Assembly (NCBI GenBank): GCA_024137785.1
Contig: JAHRHZ010000267.1
Coordinates: forward strand, 21,121,625-21,185,624
Length of the DNA stretch: 64,000 nt
Source: Ginglymostoma cirratum
Lineage: Eukaryota
Direction of reading: 5' to 3'
This document shows, piece by piece, positions 24,590 through 37,500 of this stretch. Position 1 is the first letter of the stretch. Every line of letters starts with the position of its first letter. The position numbers were made by a program, and so were the translations under genes. The notes beneath the pieces were generated by a model. That model ran no database searches. It worked only from the letters and a program-made list of their open reading frames with translations, and was not told where the DNA came from.

Positions 24590-25539
24590 AGGTTGTTTGA
24601 TTTGTTCTGTAGTTATGTAAATACCTAAACCATGAACAATATTTAAGAATCTCAAATATGCTTGCTAACACAATTTACAGTTAACTGAAACTCACATGAA
24701 AAATTGCAATGTATCAAACTTATCAATACAAAACCTTCTGTTTTACAACAAAAATGTATACATTAGTCATCATAAATATGCCCTCTGTGGCTCAGTAAGT
24801 AAACATGCCACCTAGCCGTGATCACAACAATTCAGATTATCGTAGTGCTTTTAACACAATAAAACATCCACAGCATTTCACAGAAATTTAACACCAAACT
24901 ATACAGACAAAATGTCCAAAACGAGTTCAGAGAGGGCATTTCTGAAGGAATCTGCATGCTTTAAGGTACAGGAATTCAAATGACAGCAGTACAGTTGCAA
25001 TAATTGGTTTCAAACTCTGAACGGTAAAGGAAGGTCAGACTAGACTGACTGGCTGACCGTTTGTAATTCATGATACAAACAAGGCATATGTGGATGTATG
25101 ATGCACCAACAGATTATATTTTCACAGCTCAATGATGTATCTTGTGTGAGGTGCGAAGAGTCGACATGCTATCTGCTTTTGTGTGGTAATTTGATTCTCA
25201 TTTGCAGACAAGGTCACTTTGCAGACAAAGTCAAATGTACACATCGCTCCCTTTCATTACACAGCCTCTCTACTGAGAGCACCACAATTGCATCTTCTCC
25301 AGGTTGTACACTAGAAACTTGATCAATTACAACTCTATGCTAATGCTTCAGAGGACTGAGGAGTTTCGGTCCCCAGACATCCGGTGGGCAGAGCTACCAT
25401 CATGTGGACATAGGCTGTTACTCATGGACAAAACTCACAGCTATGGGGCGTAACTTTACTGCCTTGTGGATACTTCAGGAAGGTTGAAGGCTAAGAGAGC
25501 ACAGATAACAATTCTGAAGTGGAACCCAAAGCAGACAGG

Positions 25540-26050
25540 TGTATAATTTGTGATATTTTGATGACAGGAGGTAATGTACTCGCATGGATTAAAGATTAGC
25601 TAACAGATAGAAAACAGTAGGAATAAATGGATCATTCTCACGTTTGCAAACTGTGACTAGTGGGGTACCATAAGAATCAATACTGTAGCCCCAGCATTTT
25701 GTAGCAATGATTTGGATGTGGGAACCAAATGTAATATTTTTAAAATTTAAGGATGACACAGAAAGTGGATTTTGTTGTGAAGAAGATGTAAAGCTTTCTG
25801 ATGAAGGGTTTAGGCCTGAAACGTCAAGTTTTCCTGCTCCTATGATGCTGCTTGACCTGCTGTGTTCATCCAGCCCCATGCTTGTTATGTAGGAGGATCT
25901 GGATAGGTTTTGTGAACTGCCAAGAATGTAGCAGGTAGAATAAAATGTGAAAAGTTAAGAGGTTATTCACTTTGGTCAGAGGAACAGATGTGCAAAGTAT
26001 TACTTAAGCAGTAGAGAGGTTTTAAAATAAATGTCGGTGTCAAAAAGAAA
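25540..26050 (+). mobile_element. CR1 LINE RT fragment, interrupted by a pLTR insertion
   Basis: GCATGGATTAAAGATTAGCTAACAGATAGAAAACAG, GTGACTAGTGGGGTACCA, AAATTTAAGGATGACACA (decayed KFADDT). Confidence 0.8.
25795..25888 (+). mobile_element. Young Penelope-like pLTR fragment with hammerhead motif (25795-25828; C11.1 to U variant)
   Basis: TTTCTGATGAAGGGTTTAGGCCTGAAACGTCAAG...; one substitution relative to the matching part of the 47404 copy. Confidence 0.85.
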
Positions 26051-26659
26051 CCAGTTTCTCAAACTGGACCTACATTTTCAATACTGTGGAAGAAAGTAGT
26101 GTTGTATTCATTGCAAATTTAGCATGTGGAACCCTCATTGTCCCTCCAATGCCTGTAACTCTCACTCTTCGAGAGTATTATTTTAATCCCAAAGTATTAT
26201 TTTAATTCAACAGAACATTCAGATCATGCCAATTCCAAAACACAAGGAGCCGGAGGCGACGCTGTGTTACTTACTCAACTAAGCCAAATCTTACAAATGT
26301 TCTCTTTTCTATTTCCTTCCTGTATTTTTCTTGTGGCCGCTGTATGGCAAACCTGCTTTAATTACATTTTTCCATGAACATCAACACAATTTAATATCTG
26401 GAAAAAATAATGAGAATTAATTGTTCCACATTCACATCATACTTGTACAAATTACCAAGTCCAGTGGTCAAATGAATAGGATCAGACACAGCTTTAATAT
26501 CCCCAAATTGAAAACTGCCATTTTGTTAAGCATTTTATTAAAAATAAGCAGAACACTCCAGGACTTTGAAGAAAATTGACTCCCTCCCTTAGCACCTCAA
26601 TCTCACCCACTCCTTCCTTGACAATATGCACTGCACAGGGCCCCATTTCCATTACAGCA

Positions 26660-27000
26660 GATGGAAAAAGGGCATGATCAGAACTGTTTTGGACTGTTTG
26701 GTGTCTTGCAATCCATGTTCCTGACCCTTGCCCTCCCCACAATTCTGGAAGGGCTTGACTTATGTATTAGGTCAGACAGCAAACTCTACAATGCATCAAG
26801 GCTAAAAAAGGAGAAGTCAAACACACATTGTGACTTGATTGGAGAAATCCTCGACACTGATGATGCCATGGTAGATACCCATGTGGAAACTCAGCGACAA
26901 AGACTGAGGGACTGTCTCTCCCCCGCAGATAACTTGCTCCCCATAACTACAAGCATCGATAAAACTGTGACCCACATACAGGACACAAAACAAGGAAATC
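26660..27000 (+). mobile_element. RTE-clade LINE reverse transcriptase fragment
   Basis: ORF 26661 LFGVLQSMFLTLAL..LEGLDLCIRSDSKLYNASRLK...LIGEILDTDDAMVDTHVETQRQRLRDCLS matches RTE LFGIFFS.LL..AF..EGV....RSDGKLFNL.RL...LIRELLFADDAAL.AH.E..LQ.LMD.FS. Confidence 0.75.
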
Positions 27001-27184
27001 TTGGCAAATGAATAGAATACCAAATTGAAGTGGGGAGGGAATTATAAACACCACTATTTTTCATTGAAACGCAAGTTGAACTTTTCATTTACCTCAAACA
27101 CTGGCTGGGATTTTGAGGTAATAATCACAATGAAACTGAAAATGTTTCCTGTCATTATTTCTGAAACTGAAAAGATGGAAATAC

Positions 27185-28085
27185 AGAAGTTACAGAGATG
27201 TACTGCTGTGGTTATACAAACGTCTGGTCAGAGCGCCAGGGACCCGGGTTCAATTCCAACCTCGGGCAACTGTCTGTGTGGAGTTTGCATATTCTCCCTG
27301 TGTCTGCGTGGGTTTCCTCCGGGTGCTCCGGTTTCCTCCCACAGTCCAAAGATGTGCAGGTTAAGTGGATTGGCCATGCTAAATTGCCCGTAGCATTCAG
27401 GGAGGTGTAGATTAGGTGGGTTATAGGGGGATGAGTTGGGTGGGATGCTCCGAGGTTAGGTGTGGACTTGTTGGGCCGAAGGGCCTGTTTCCATACTGTA
27501 GGGATTCTATTCTACTCTATTCTATGCTATTCTAGACCACATGTGGAATATTGAGAGCAGTTTTGGGGCCTGTATCAAGGGGAGGACATGCTTGCATTGG
27601 TAGAGGTCTAAAGTAGTTTTAAGAGAATGGGAATGAAGGTCTTGTCATGTAAGGAATGGTTGAGGACTCTAGGTCTGTACTTGGAATTTAGAAGGGGACG
27701 TGCCTATCTGATTGAAACATACAGGATGCTGAGAGGTTTGGATAGAGTAGATATGGAAAAGATTATTCCACAATAGGAGACTCAAGGACACAAAGGCACA
27801 TCCTCAGAGAAGTGTTGACTATTTAGAACTGCAATGAGGAGGAATTGATTCATCCAGAGGGTAGTTCATCTATGAAACTCATGGCAGTAGGCTTAGGGCT
27901 GTGGAGACCAAGTCATTGAGTACATATAAGACAGAGACAGACAAGTTCTTGATTAGTGAGGGGATTAAGGCTTAATGAAGAGCAAGCTCGAGAATAGGTT
28001 GAGAAACATGTCAGCCGTGATCGAATAGTGAAGCAGACTTGATGGGCCAAATGGTCTAATTCTGTTCCTATAACTTATTGTCTAC
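27185..28085 (+). mobile_element. CR1 LINE 3' fragment, interrupted by an HE1 SINE
   Basis: GTTATACAAACGTCTGGTC|...|AGACCACATGTGGAATATTG continues across the SINE; ends with TCAGCCGTGATCGAATAG...GATGGGCCAAATGGTCTAATTCTG. Confidence 0.85.
27229..27534 (+). mobile_element. HE1-type SINE, slightly 5'-truncated, young
   Basis: GCGCCAGGGACCCGGGTTCAATTCC...GGTTTCCTCCCACAGTCCAAAGATGTGCAGGTTA...GGGCCTGTTTCCATACTGTAGGGATTCTATTCTA; CpGs retained. Confidence 0.92.
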
Positions 28086-30483
28086 TAACCATGACTCTTT
28101 CTCCACAGGTTGCACTCTTGAGATTCCCTGTTAATTGAATCAATTAGATACCATTGAACTGACGAGAATGTTGTCATTTTCTTTTCATGCTATTAGTCTT
28201 ATTGTAAAAGATTGAAAAAAATTACACATTTTGTTGAAAAAGTCAGAGACAATGTTAAAGGTTTAACATACTAATTATTGTTAAACAGCCTGACTGGCCA
28301 TCTCGGTGGTCCAGGCATTTTGATGGGAAATAAATCATTTGGTAAAATAGATTCAAACTGTGTTGAGGCCATACAGAAAACTCAACACTGGTCACTCCAT
28401 GGTAATTGCCAGGAAATTGAAAATTCTGATGGAAAAATTACCCTACATCTAGAATCGTCCAAAAAGACCCATTAAAACTAGAACATTTTGCAAGGTTATG
28501 ACTCACTTAAGCTGAATACTTACTCAGGACAATTAAAAGCGTTAAAAACAAATTGTCCTAACTCCTGAGAACAGCATCACTGAAAATCTGACTCACCACT
28601 TAACCCCAAATGACACTTTGTTACCCCAATTCCATCACACTCTCCCCAACTCCACCAGACCCGGCAATTATCAATCAGACCACATGACATACCTCAAGCA
28701 TTCATCCACTTGCCTGCCGTCCTAACCCCTCACCCAACTGGCACCCTACTCCCTCACTCTGCTGGCACCCTGACAGCTCACTGACCATCTTACCCACTCA
28801 TTGATTGACACTCTAACCTTGCACTTTAAATATTTATCCTTTCATGACAGATTAGCTGTGTTGCTGGAAAATTAAAAAGGGAATACAGCACACTGACTGT
28901 TATACAAAGGAGTTAATTTGCACATCAATCCTCTCTGCTGCTGACTGCAAGGATTCCTGGAAAGGCTTCCATTATTTCATCATGCAAGTGCCGCATCCAG
29001 GAATTTTCATGGCAGGAATCAGCAAAATGTACCAGTGTACTTTTTGTCCAGTCAGGATTGGAAATAGGGTTTTCAACCTTGAACAGAATTTCTTGGCTCG
29101 TTTTTATTGAACGTCAATTCTTCCATTATGATTTTAAGAACAATGTGGAAGTTTTGTTTGTGACATTTGAGCTTCTCACTGAACATGTATGATGTAATTA
29201 TTTATTTCACAATCTATAAAATTGAAAATTTTAAAAAGTGAAGGATTTTTTTTCCTTCCTGGTTTGCTGTCTATAGGAATATTTCAATGTTTTTGGCTGT
29301 GAATGACACTGAAGTTGGATGACTTGGAATCGGATTAAAACGGATTCAAAAAAGTCAAATACCATGTCTCAGGTAGTTATATTGTGGGAGATTTTTTTCC
29401 CCCAAGTTTAGCAATGAGTATCTTTGCTCCACTATTCACCAGCAAAATCCAGTCCCCTTATGCTTTTTGACATGCATTACAACGTGTACAATTATTTCTT
29501 AAACCAAAGTAACCAATTAAATTAACTGTTAAATCATATCCCACACAAGTCTTCCTTCTGCTTCCTTCCTTCCTATATTGTTCTTGAGGCCACTCACATA
29601 ACTGGTTTAACTATATCCTGGGTAAGAGAGTAACTTTCATCAAAGGGCTTCCAATAAAATCTGCAACAGCTTAACACATAGATTCAATGTTGAGAGCATC
29701 ATATGTGTCTGATTATGCAAAGGAGCAACAAATTCTTAGAATGGAATGCACTTAAAATGCATTGAGTACTTCTGCACAATACTTACACACTTCCCAGGAT
29801 GTACAGAAGGACAATTTGAAGGAAATCATAAGTGAAAATAAAAGAAAATGTTTTATCAAAGTTTTAAATCAAGATTTGCAGTTTCAGCTCTAGTGCTGTC
29901 AAGAAATCCAATGCCGTTTACTCAATGCACGGCTGATAGACTAAGATTTAACCTGTTCCAAATGAGTAAATGCTTGTACTGTGTGCATTTCTTTTAAATT
30001 TCACATATGCATGAAATTGATCTTTGAACTGGGCTAGTGACTATAACTATATATTTTCTCCCAAGGCCACTAGCTGAGAACTACTGCCAGTGTTACACTG
30101 TACTGGATAGGTTGTTTGAACTGTTAATGATTCAGGTTAACGTATTGGGGTTGATTTAGCTTTTTCATAAGTATCAGTTGGGCATGTGGGGTGAGGATAT
30201 GGAGCATCTTCTACAGTACCTGCACAATTTTGAAGCTTGGCCTCAACAGCCATGCGTTTGGAAAGGTGCCAACATGAAGCATGATGTACCACATTCCAAT
30301 TAGCAGGACTTGAAAAGAGACGAGTATGCTGTTTTCATTTGCGAGTGATAAAGATGAGCAAAATTCTGAAGCAGCAGGGGACAAGACCTCCAAAAAGAAT
30401 ATGGCACAGAAGGTCCTGATTAAGTAAACATCAGGATGAAACATCACTGCTATGCTAGCTAGTTGCAGTTCTTGTTTTAGGCA

Positions 30484-30615
30484 GTGACACAGCTGTGTCA
30501 CAGCCTTGCATGAGAAGTGAGTTCTTTTTACGTACTGTTCTTCTGAGAACTGGAGGTATGCTGCCCTGGGCCTATAAATACAGTTGTTAGGTGCCTTCTA
30601 TTTGTTTTCCATCCG
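30484..30615 (+). promoter_or_regulatory. Candidate core promoter/enhancer: 18-bp palindrome with central E-box, then TATAAATA
   Basis: GTGACACAGCTGTGTCAC (30484-30501) is a perfect palindrome; TATAAATA at 30573-30580 is followed directly by CAGTTG; flanks are not a repeat I recognise. Confidence 0.25.
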
Positions 30616-32124
30616 GCACCTGCTATTGCTCCTCCTCCTCCTCTTGCCAGTACGACATTCCCAGAAGAGAACACTTGAATAAAAAAATGAAGCTAGAATT
30701 TCATTAAGTGTTCAGAAAGTTCCACAAGCAACTACACGCACTACATATTCAAAATACCTAAGATGGACAGAATCGTTAAGCTAATGCAATGAAAGGGTCT
30801 GTTCCAGAACTTCTTACTACTTTGCCCATTGATGATTCCTTACGTATTATTGAAAACAGCCAATGCCTGACTTCTGCAGTCTGTGTCTGGTCCTTATATT
30901 TCTAATTGTTCCATTAAAGAAAAGCTTAGAGCATGATAAAACTGAAAACAAACCATTCACTCATTGCCTTCAAAGCCATTGAATCTCCCGAGGGAGGAGG
31001 CCAATCATAGACAGACCAGCAAGTAAATAAAACCCTCTATATCTTCTGCCTAGCTGTAAAAATGGAAGTCCAGGATATTAACATAATCATACAACCCACA
31101 ACACAGAGCTCTAATCAACCGCTTTGCAGAAATGACTCATTTGTTGACTTAACACAGAAATGATTGAATTCTTTCAAGCATTTTAATCAGTATCTGTTGC
31201 TCAATTTTTAAAATCCAGCTGAAATAATGTTTTTGGACACTCTTGGTAACCTACTTGCCTACTGCCTGCAGTATTGCTTTCAGATATGCTGTATGACACG
31301 GATGTTTTGAAACAATTCATTTTTATATTATTCAATGTAAGGAAAACCACTGCATGGCCCACAATGTCTCCAATATTTGTGATTGGCCAAAACACTGGCC
31401 TTTATTTTTCTGTAACATTGATTTGAAGAATTACCATTTCACTCAATTTTGAGACTAATTCTGAAATAACAGTTGTCTAAATTCTCCAAATTAAGCATTG
31501 GAACATAATTATTTCATTTTGGAAATGTGTACATAAAAAGAAACCTTGACAGTTAAGTAATTTATCAGCCTTTTATCATTTCCATAATGGAGTTGTCTTT
31601 AAACATCAAACAAACATCAAACCAAAGAATGAATTGACTGTTTGAGCTCCATCCTTCAATGCAACTTGGTGTAATTATTTGGATTAAATCTCTTTCCCTT
31701 TAATTCTTGAATCAAACAATGCTGACTGTTCAAAACTTTAAATTTGAAATATAATTTGATAATCTATAGGCAGCATATTAACCTCCAGTTATTCTCCAAG
31801 TATTAAGAGAATTGGGTGGCAGTGTAAGTTTAGCCCTGTTCTTGGACTTATTTTCAAATACAACACAGTGAAAAAAAAAATCAGAAACATAGAAATTTAC
31901 TGGGCTAAAAAGAGAATACTGCAGCTAATCTGCCTGGTGAATATGTGGCACAGAAACATTATAGACTTAACAACACAGATCAATGTCATTCTGCTTTTTG
32001 GATTATTTACACAATGACCCTAAATGGAAACAAAGTTAAATGCATAAATAAAACATCTTCCTTGTCTTCCATTTTCAACATATCCTCCCTGACACCCAAG
32101 CCTATTGCCCAAAGCACCTACAAA

Positions 32125-32490
32125 CACAAATATCTGAAATCAGAACAGAAGAAGGCAATGCAACCCCTCACACCTGTTCTGCCATTCAGTGAGAACATGA
32201 CTGATTTTTTTCTGTTTTGTATTCCACAGTTCTATATACTCCTGACAAAATAGATTCCGAACAAGAATCTATCCACCTCTTTCTTAATAATATTCAATGA
32301 CCTGGCCTCACAACACTGAGGCAGAGAGCCAAAACTCACACCATCCTCAAGTAATTCTCATCTTTGTCCTGAAAGGGCAACATCTGATTTAAATAGAGCT
32401 TCCTGGTTTTGGGCTGACCCAGAAGAAATACCCTTGCCACATTCACCTTGTCAAGACCATTCAGGATCTTCTACATGTCAATCAAGTTCC
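32125..32490 (-). mobile_element. CR1 LINE 3' end (decayed)
   Basis: GAAATCAGAACAGAAGAAGGCAATGCAACCCCTC...CCATTCAGTGAGAACATGACTGAT...AAGAATCTATCCACCTCT. Confidence 0.75.
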
Positions 32491-33688
32491 TCTTCCCTTT
32501 CTCAAAGAAAGTGCAGAAGATGCAAAATCTGTGTTTTTAACATTCTCCGTTCCACAATTCCTTTTTTCTTAAAAAAGAAGTCCCATTGCAATCTTTCTTT
32601 GCCTTGCTGCATCACTATTTCTATCATCTAGTCTCTCCTTTACTTACACCATTCACAGATCTGTACAGCTTTTTCTTCCCTTCCCCTCAACCTTTACTTT
32701 TATGTTTGTTCAGTACTTATTACAAAGTTTTTTTTTCTGTTCTGACAAAAGGTCAATTTGAAAAGATGCTGCTTGACTTGCTAAGCATTTCCAGCATTTT
32801 CAATATAATTTCCAACATCTACAGAATTTTACATTTGTAAAAAAAAACTTCTCTAATTTATTCTATTCTCTGTACCTTCCTCTACTTCAAGCATTTGTTG
32901 AGTGTTTATTTAAACTTTTCGGCTTTATTGCAAACACTGTCTACATCAAAGCATTCCATGCTTCAGCAGCCCTCTGCATGAAGAAATTCCTCCTAACATC
33001 TTTCATCATCATAGTGAGAAAATTCCCATTGTACTACAAGTTCCTAAATTATAACTAGCTGTAATTTGATATTTGATTATTAAATGGTGATACCCTTACT
33101 GATCACATGAATATCAATGATAGATTGGAATGTTACAATATTATGGTAGACAGTACTTTTTTAACATTTGGAGTCAAGACTTGTGACAGAACTTAGTGGG
33201 AATATTAATTTGCATCTGAGGCATGCTTTAAGTTTTGGATTGCTTGATTGGACACACAGGGGCAAAATACTGTAAGTGAGAATCCCCAGCAGCAGTATGT
33301 ACAATTTTGATTGCTTAATTTATTTCATGCTCCTTTCGGATAAAAGAGAAAGGTGAGAACTAATATTTGCACAAGCTGGAGTAAAATAGAAAAAGTAGGA
33401 AATAGAAGAGAGAAATCAAAAGAAAACACGGCAGAATCGGTCTTGATTTGACTTGTTACAAGTGCTTCTGAAAGTGTTTGTCGGGAAGCTTGTGGCTCGG
33501 ACGAGGAACCATTATTAGAAAAGTAAATAATTAGTGTGGCAAACCAAGATGAGGCAGAAGACATGGGGACCCTGACTAACTTATCAGAGTAGTGTCCATA
33601 CTTGGGCTATAAATGGATCACACAAGTTTATACTGGAGAACCAGTTTTAAAATGACAGAACACAATCTGAAGAACACAGAGAAGGTGA

Positions 33689-33987
33689 GATAAGGTTTTT
33701 GAGAAGATTTGTAGCCCAGGTTGTTGATGCAGTTGTTGACTTGCTCACCAAACCGGCAAGTTTGTTCACAGACGTTTTGTCACCATACTAGCTAATATCA
33801 TCAGTGCACCTCCGGTGAAGCAATGTTCTGAAGTCATGCCACCCACCCCAGCAAACCAAGTCACATAAATAGCAAGTAGGACAGAACACCAACGCTTCAC
33901 TGGAGGTGCACTGATGATGTCTCCTGGTAGGGTGAGGAAAAGTCTATGAACAAACTTACCAGTTTGGCTAGCAAGTCAACAACTGCA
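33689..33987. mobile_element. Inverted pair of Penelope-like pLTR fragments (separate family), each with a decayed hammerhead; ~12-bp TSD
   Basis: Arms 33728-33821 and 33894-33987 are diverged reverse complements; cores CTGATGA...GGTGAC/G-(G/A)AAA-GTC at 33767-33806 (-) and 33908-33948 (+); flanks CAGAGAAGGTGA (33677) and CAGAGAAGATGA (33986). Confidence 0.75.
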
Positions 33988-34199
33988 GAGAAGATGAAAT
34001 TTTTGATCTCAGAACAATATAACAGGAAATTAATTCTGTGATCAGCAGCCTATATATCGACATTATTTAAGAGGCTTTTTTTTTCAAGCTTCCTTAGGAA
34101 ATCAGTGGTGGCTTAGGGAAGACGCGCAAATTCCCCGTGCCTCAAAAAGCCATTCAGCAAACCATGAGAGATTCACCACCAGACTACTGGATCCCTCAA

Positions 34200-34500
34200 T
34201 AAGAGCCATTCAGTGCCCAATCAAGATCCAGCTTTGTGTGACTGGCTGTTTGGAGTTAAGTTCTCCACATGTCTGCGTAGGTTTCTGCCAGTGCTCCGGT
34301 TTCCTCCAGAGTCCAAAGATGCACAGGTTTGGTGGATTGGACACCACTGGACACCACTGGGCAATTCTGCATGGTCACTGTTGGGTTACAGGGATCAGGT
34401 TGGGGTGTGGGAACACAGTGAGGAGTGTTGGCATAGGTCTAGGTGAGATGCTGTTCAGAGGGTCAATGCAGACTTGATGGGCCAACTGGCCCCTTTCTTC
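34200..34500 (+). mobile_element. Older HE1/V-type SINE
   Basis: TTCTCCACATGTCTGCGTAGGTTTCTGCCAGTGCTCCGGTTTCCTCCAGAGTCCAAAGATG...GCAGACTTGATGGGCCAA. Confidence 0.75.
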
Positions 34501-37500
34501 ATTAGAATACCTAAAATGATTCTCTGAAGAGATCCAACATAGGCACAGGAGGACCTGCTAAGAACCACCATTTCAACTGGACTTTGATTTCCCTCCCCAG
34601 CAACAACGGTCCTGTTCCTCTTGCCTTTCTTCAGCAATCAGCCAATAATCCCTGGTGAAGGGTCCAATGTGTTATCAACAACAGCAGCTGTTCCCAATGC
34701 CACTATAGGTAATGAAGAGTTGCCAGTCTGATTGGCTATCAGCTCTCAGGGGCAATATGCGTACCCTCCTTGGAACATAACCAGGAGTATGAAGCCTCAC
34801 ATTGGGTTAAGTTCCTGTTTATCTTGTAATTGCACTAGTTAACTCAATTGGCCCGCCAGCTGGTCTGCAATGTACCAGCCAAGATTACCATGAAAGACCA
34901 TCCTATGTAACTTCTCCCCTCACAGAAGGCATGGTAACCCTCAAATTAAACCAGCACTGGTCATATGTATCTCTAATGAAACAGCAGCCTTATGATCCAG
35001 TCAGACCATGCTGATTTTGATTCAGTATTGAAATAAAAAAGGTAAAAGAAAAACGTTGGAAAATTTAATATAATTCCCCACTTTATTTTAGAAAAAAAAC
35101 TTCAGTTAGAAATGAAAATCCTGCATCCTTGCTGTGAGAAAGGGAATCTGCAGTAACCCTTTGAAGATTTTCTAACTTTCGCTTTGTTTCAGGACAGATC
35201 CCAGAACTGCTCCTATGCAAAGTCCAAAGCTTGGACTCTGAGATATAGGTGGAAGGCAATGTTCAATGGAAGTGGGGAGTGCAGTGGCAGGGGAGGGTAA
35301 GATGGTGATAGATGGGGAACGTGTTACTTTCCTGCCTCTACCTTGATTGATTCCATGGCAGGAAGCCTTGTGTACAACACTTGCGCTGCTGCCAGTTGAT
35401 ACCTGTGTGGACAATCAACACCTGAATAAACGGCCTCATGCCACCTCCACTAACTTTTAATTGGCTGACTGCTGCTCTGAGGGTCTATGAACCTGGGCAG
35501 GCCTGCTTAAGTGATATTTAATTCAGTGGACATTCCCAACACCACTTGGTTTTGGATCAACTGCAACATCTACATTAAATTCTGCACCTTGATTCATGGC
35601 TACCTCTACTGCTCATGAAGTCAACCCACTACATGTTTCAGTGCCTGAATTTTTGTTTAAATAATGCATGGAGCATGATTTTTTTCCTTCCCTGGGTGAT
35701 GGTGAGACAGGGAAGTAAATTGTCCACAGAGAGTTTGGTATCTCACTGCTTCTCCTACCCCCACCCTTTGTGCTATGCCCCTTATTGCCACCTCAATAAT
35801 TAAATGATGGGTGAGAAGATTACGACTGACCCTTATCAGATTACCCCAATTAAGGCCTTTAAGTGATCAATTAACAGTCACTTAATGATTTCAACTCACC
35901 ACCAGACTGTTTTCGTGCTTGCCTGGCAGGTGAGAAACATGGTCAGGGTTGAGAAACATGCTTGTGGGGATGTGGCCCTCCATTTGCAAGCCAGTTGGGC
36001 GCAGAAATGGGGTCCAAGGGAGTGACCACTGTGGAACACCACAGTGTCAATGATTGGCAGCCAACGTCTAGCAAGTAGGACGTCAGCATTGAGGCTTTTG
36101 ATTCACTGAGAAGCTTGCCAGCCACCTTTTACTTTGCTGTTGTTTGGAAATTGACCTGGCAAGTTTTTTTTCTGGTTGAGGTGAGGAGTCAATTGCCCAC
36201 AAAAGATGCCCGCAACCACCCTTAATACATTGAGCAAAAGCCTCAGCCTTGGAAAATCGGAGCTGTTCATCAAGCAAACGATGCAGGCTGCACAGCTATC
36301 AAATGACATACAAACTGTAGATTTTAATTGATTTAGAATTCAAATCCCATAATATGGGGTAGCACAGTTGAAGTTGACTCAGATATCTTGAAAGTATTTA
36401 AGAAGTGAAGCGAAAGGATTGAAGATTTAAAAAAAAACTCACTGACCATATCAGAAATTGATTGATTTCAAAATGTTTCTGCAATTTCAATTTGATTTTG
36501 TGAAACCTTTGCAAGGGATTTTTAAAAAACTGCTGTACCTTCTGCTTTGAAAATATTTTTGGTATTTTAATTGTTTCTATTTTTTAGTAAAATTGTTATT
36601 GTACAAGTGTCCCAACAATATATTGGAAAATGCCTGAGCTTTTAAATTGCAGCAGTCTAACCATAAAGCAGTCAGTAGAGGCAATATATGGATACAAGTA
36701 ACACACAAAAATGGTATGCCTTAGCAAAGCCAGGATCAACTCAGCAAACACAATCACGTTGTCGAATTCATCTTGGCTGTTATTCCTGCTAAGGGCCAGA
36801 TATGCATTTCTGCATTATGAAACAGCTTCTGTATTTATAGTGGGTGCACTGAATTATAAGAATCCTGTTAGCTCAGTCCAGCTGAGCTTTACAGCTAATG
36901 TTAGCTTGTAGCAAACACAAATTCAAAGAGAAAAAAAATCTTACCTCGGAAACTAAAGGAACTGAAAACAGAGGTATTCCGTCAAACTAAAAATGTGTAT
37001 CCAGACAAGAAAGTCATGATTTTCTTCCTTATTATAACAAAAGTACCTATTTACTAAGCTGTGGCATAAGTATGTTTCTCTGTGTCCTTTTAACAACCAA
37101 TTATCTAGCAAAATGCAAGAGCAACCTGCTTCCTCTTGCTTCTGCCCTTCAAAGACTGATAAATGTTTGCCTCATACCCCAAAACGCTTTCCTTTGAGAG
37201 GAAGTTGCAGATAATTGTTTTCCGTTTCACTTCCCTCAGCTTCTACACTGAATAGGCTCTGAGCCCAAAGATCATATACTTGTTTTCTATGCAATTATGC
37301 ACTGAGGAGGTTTGTAGAGACAGATAGTTAACATTCTAAACACTCCTTTTTATCCTTATTGCAGTTAACGCATTTGAAAGATAATTATATGAGCCTGACA
37401 AGGACAAAAGGCTGAGAATATTTTCATAAACTTTGAAACTTACATCTGATTAACAAAGAGCCTAACTCAAGAATAATGGGAAAGTGTCTGATCTTTTATG

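Noticed and set aside
25303-25453. Plus-strand terminal exon LYTRNLINYNSML...SYGA*
   Set aside because: Acceptor is plausible but no recognisable homology and no partner exons
25589-25892. Recurrent peptide SDEGFRPETSSFPAPMMLLDLLCSSSP (also at 47307) as a conserved small protein
   Set aside because: It is a translation of the same young non-coding pLTR repeat; the identity reflects recent insertion
32735-32835. Additional hammerhead (TTCTGACAAAAGGTCA...)
   Set aside because: Probably a PLE remnant, but the core is mutated and partly deleted, so it was not counted as a ribozyme
33120-33145. miR-1/206-like TGGAATGT word (also let-7-like TGAGGTAGT at ~39484)
   Set aside because: Only the seed matches; no mature-sequence match or precursor hairpin, and the latter lies in a CR1 tail
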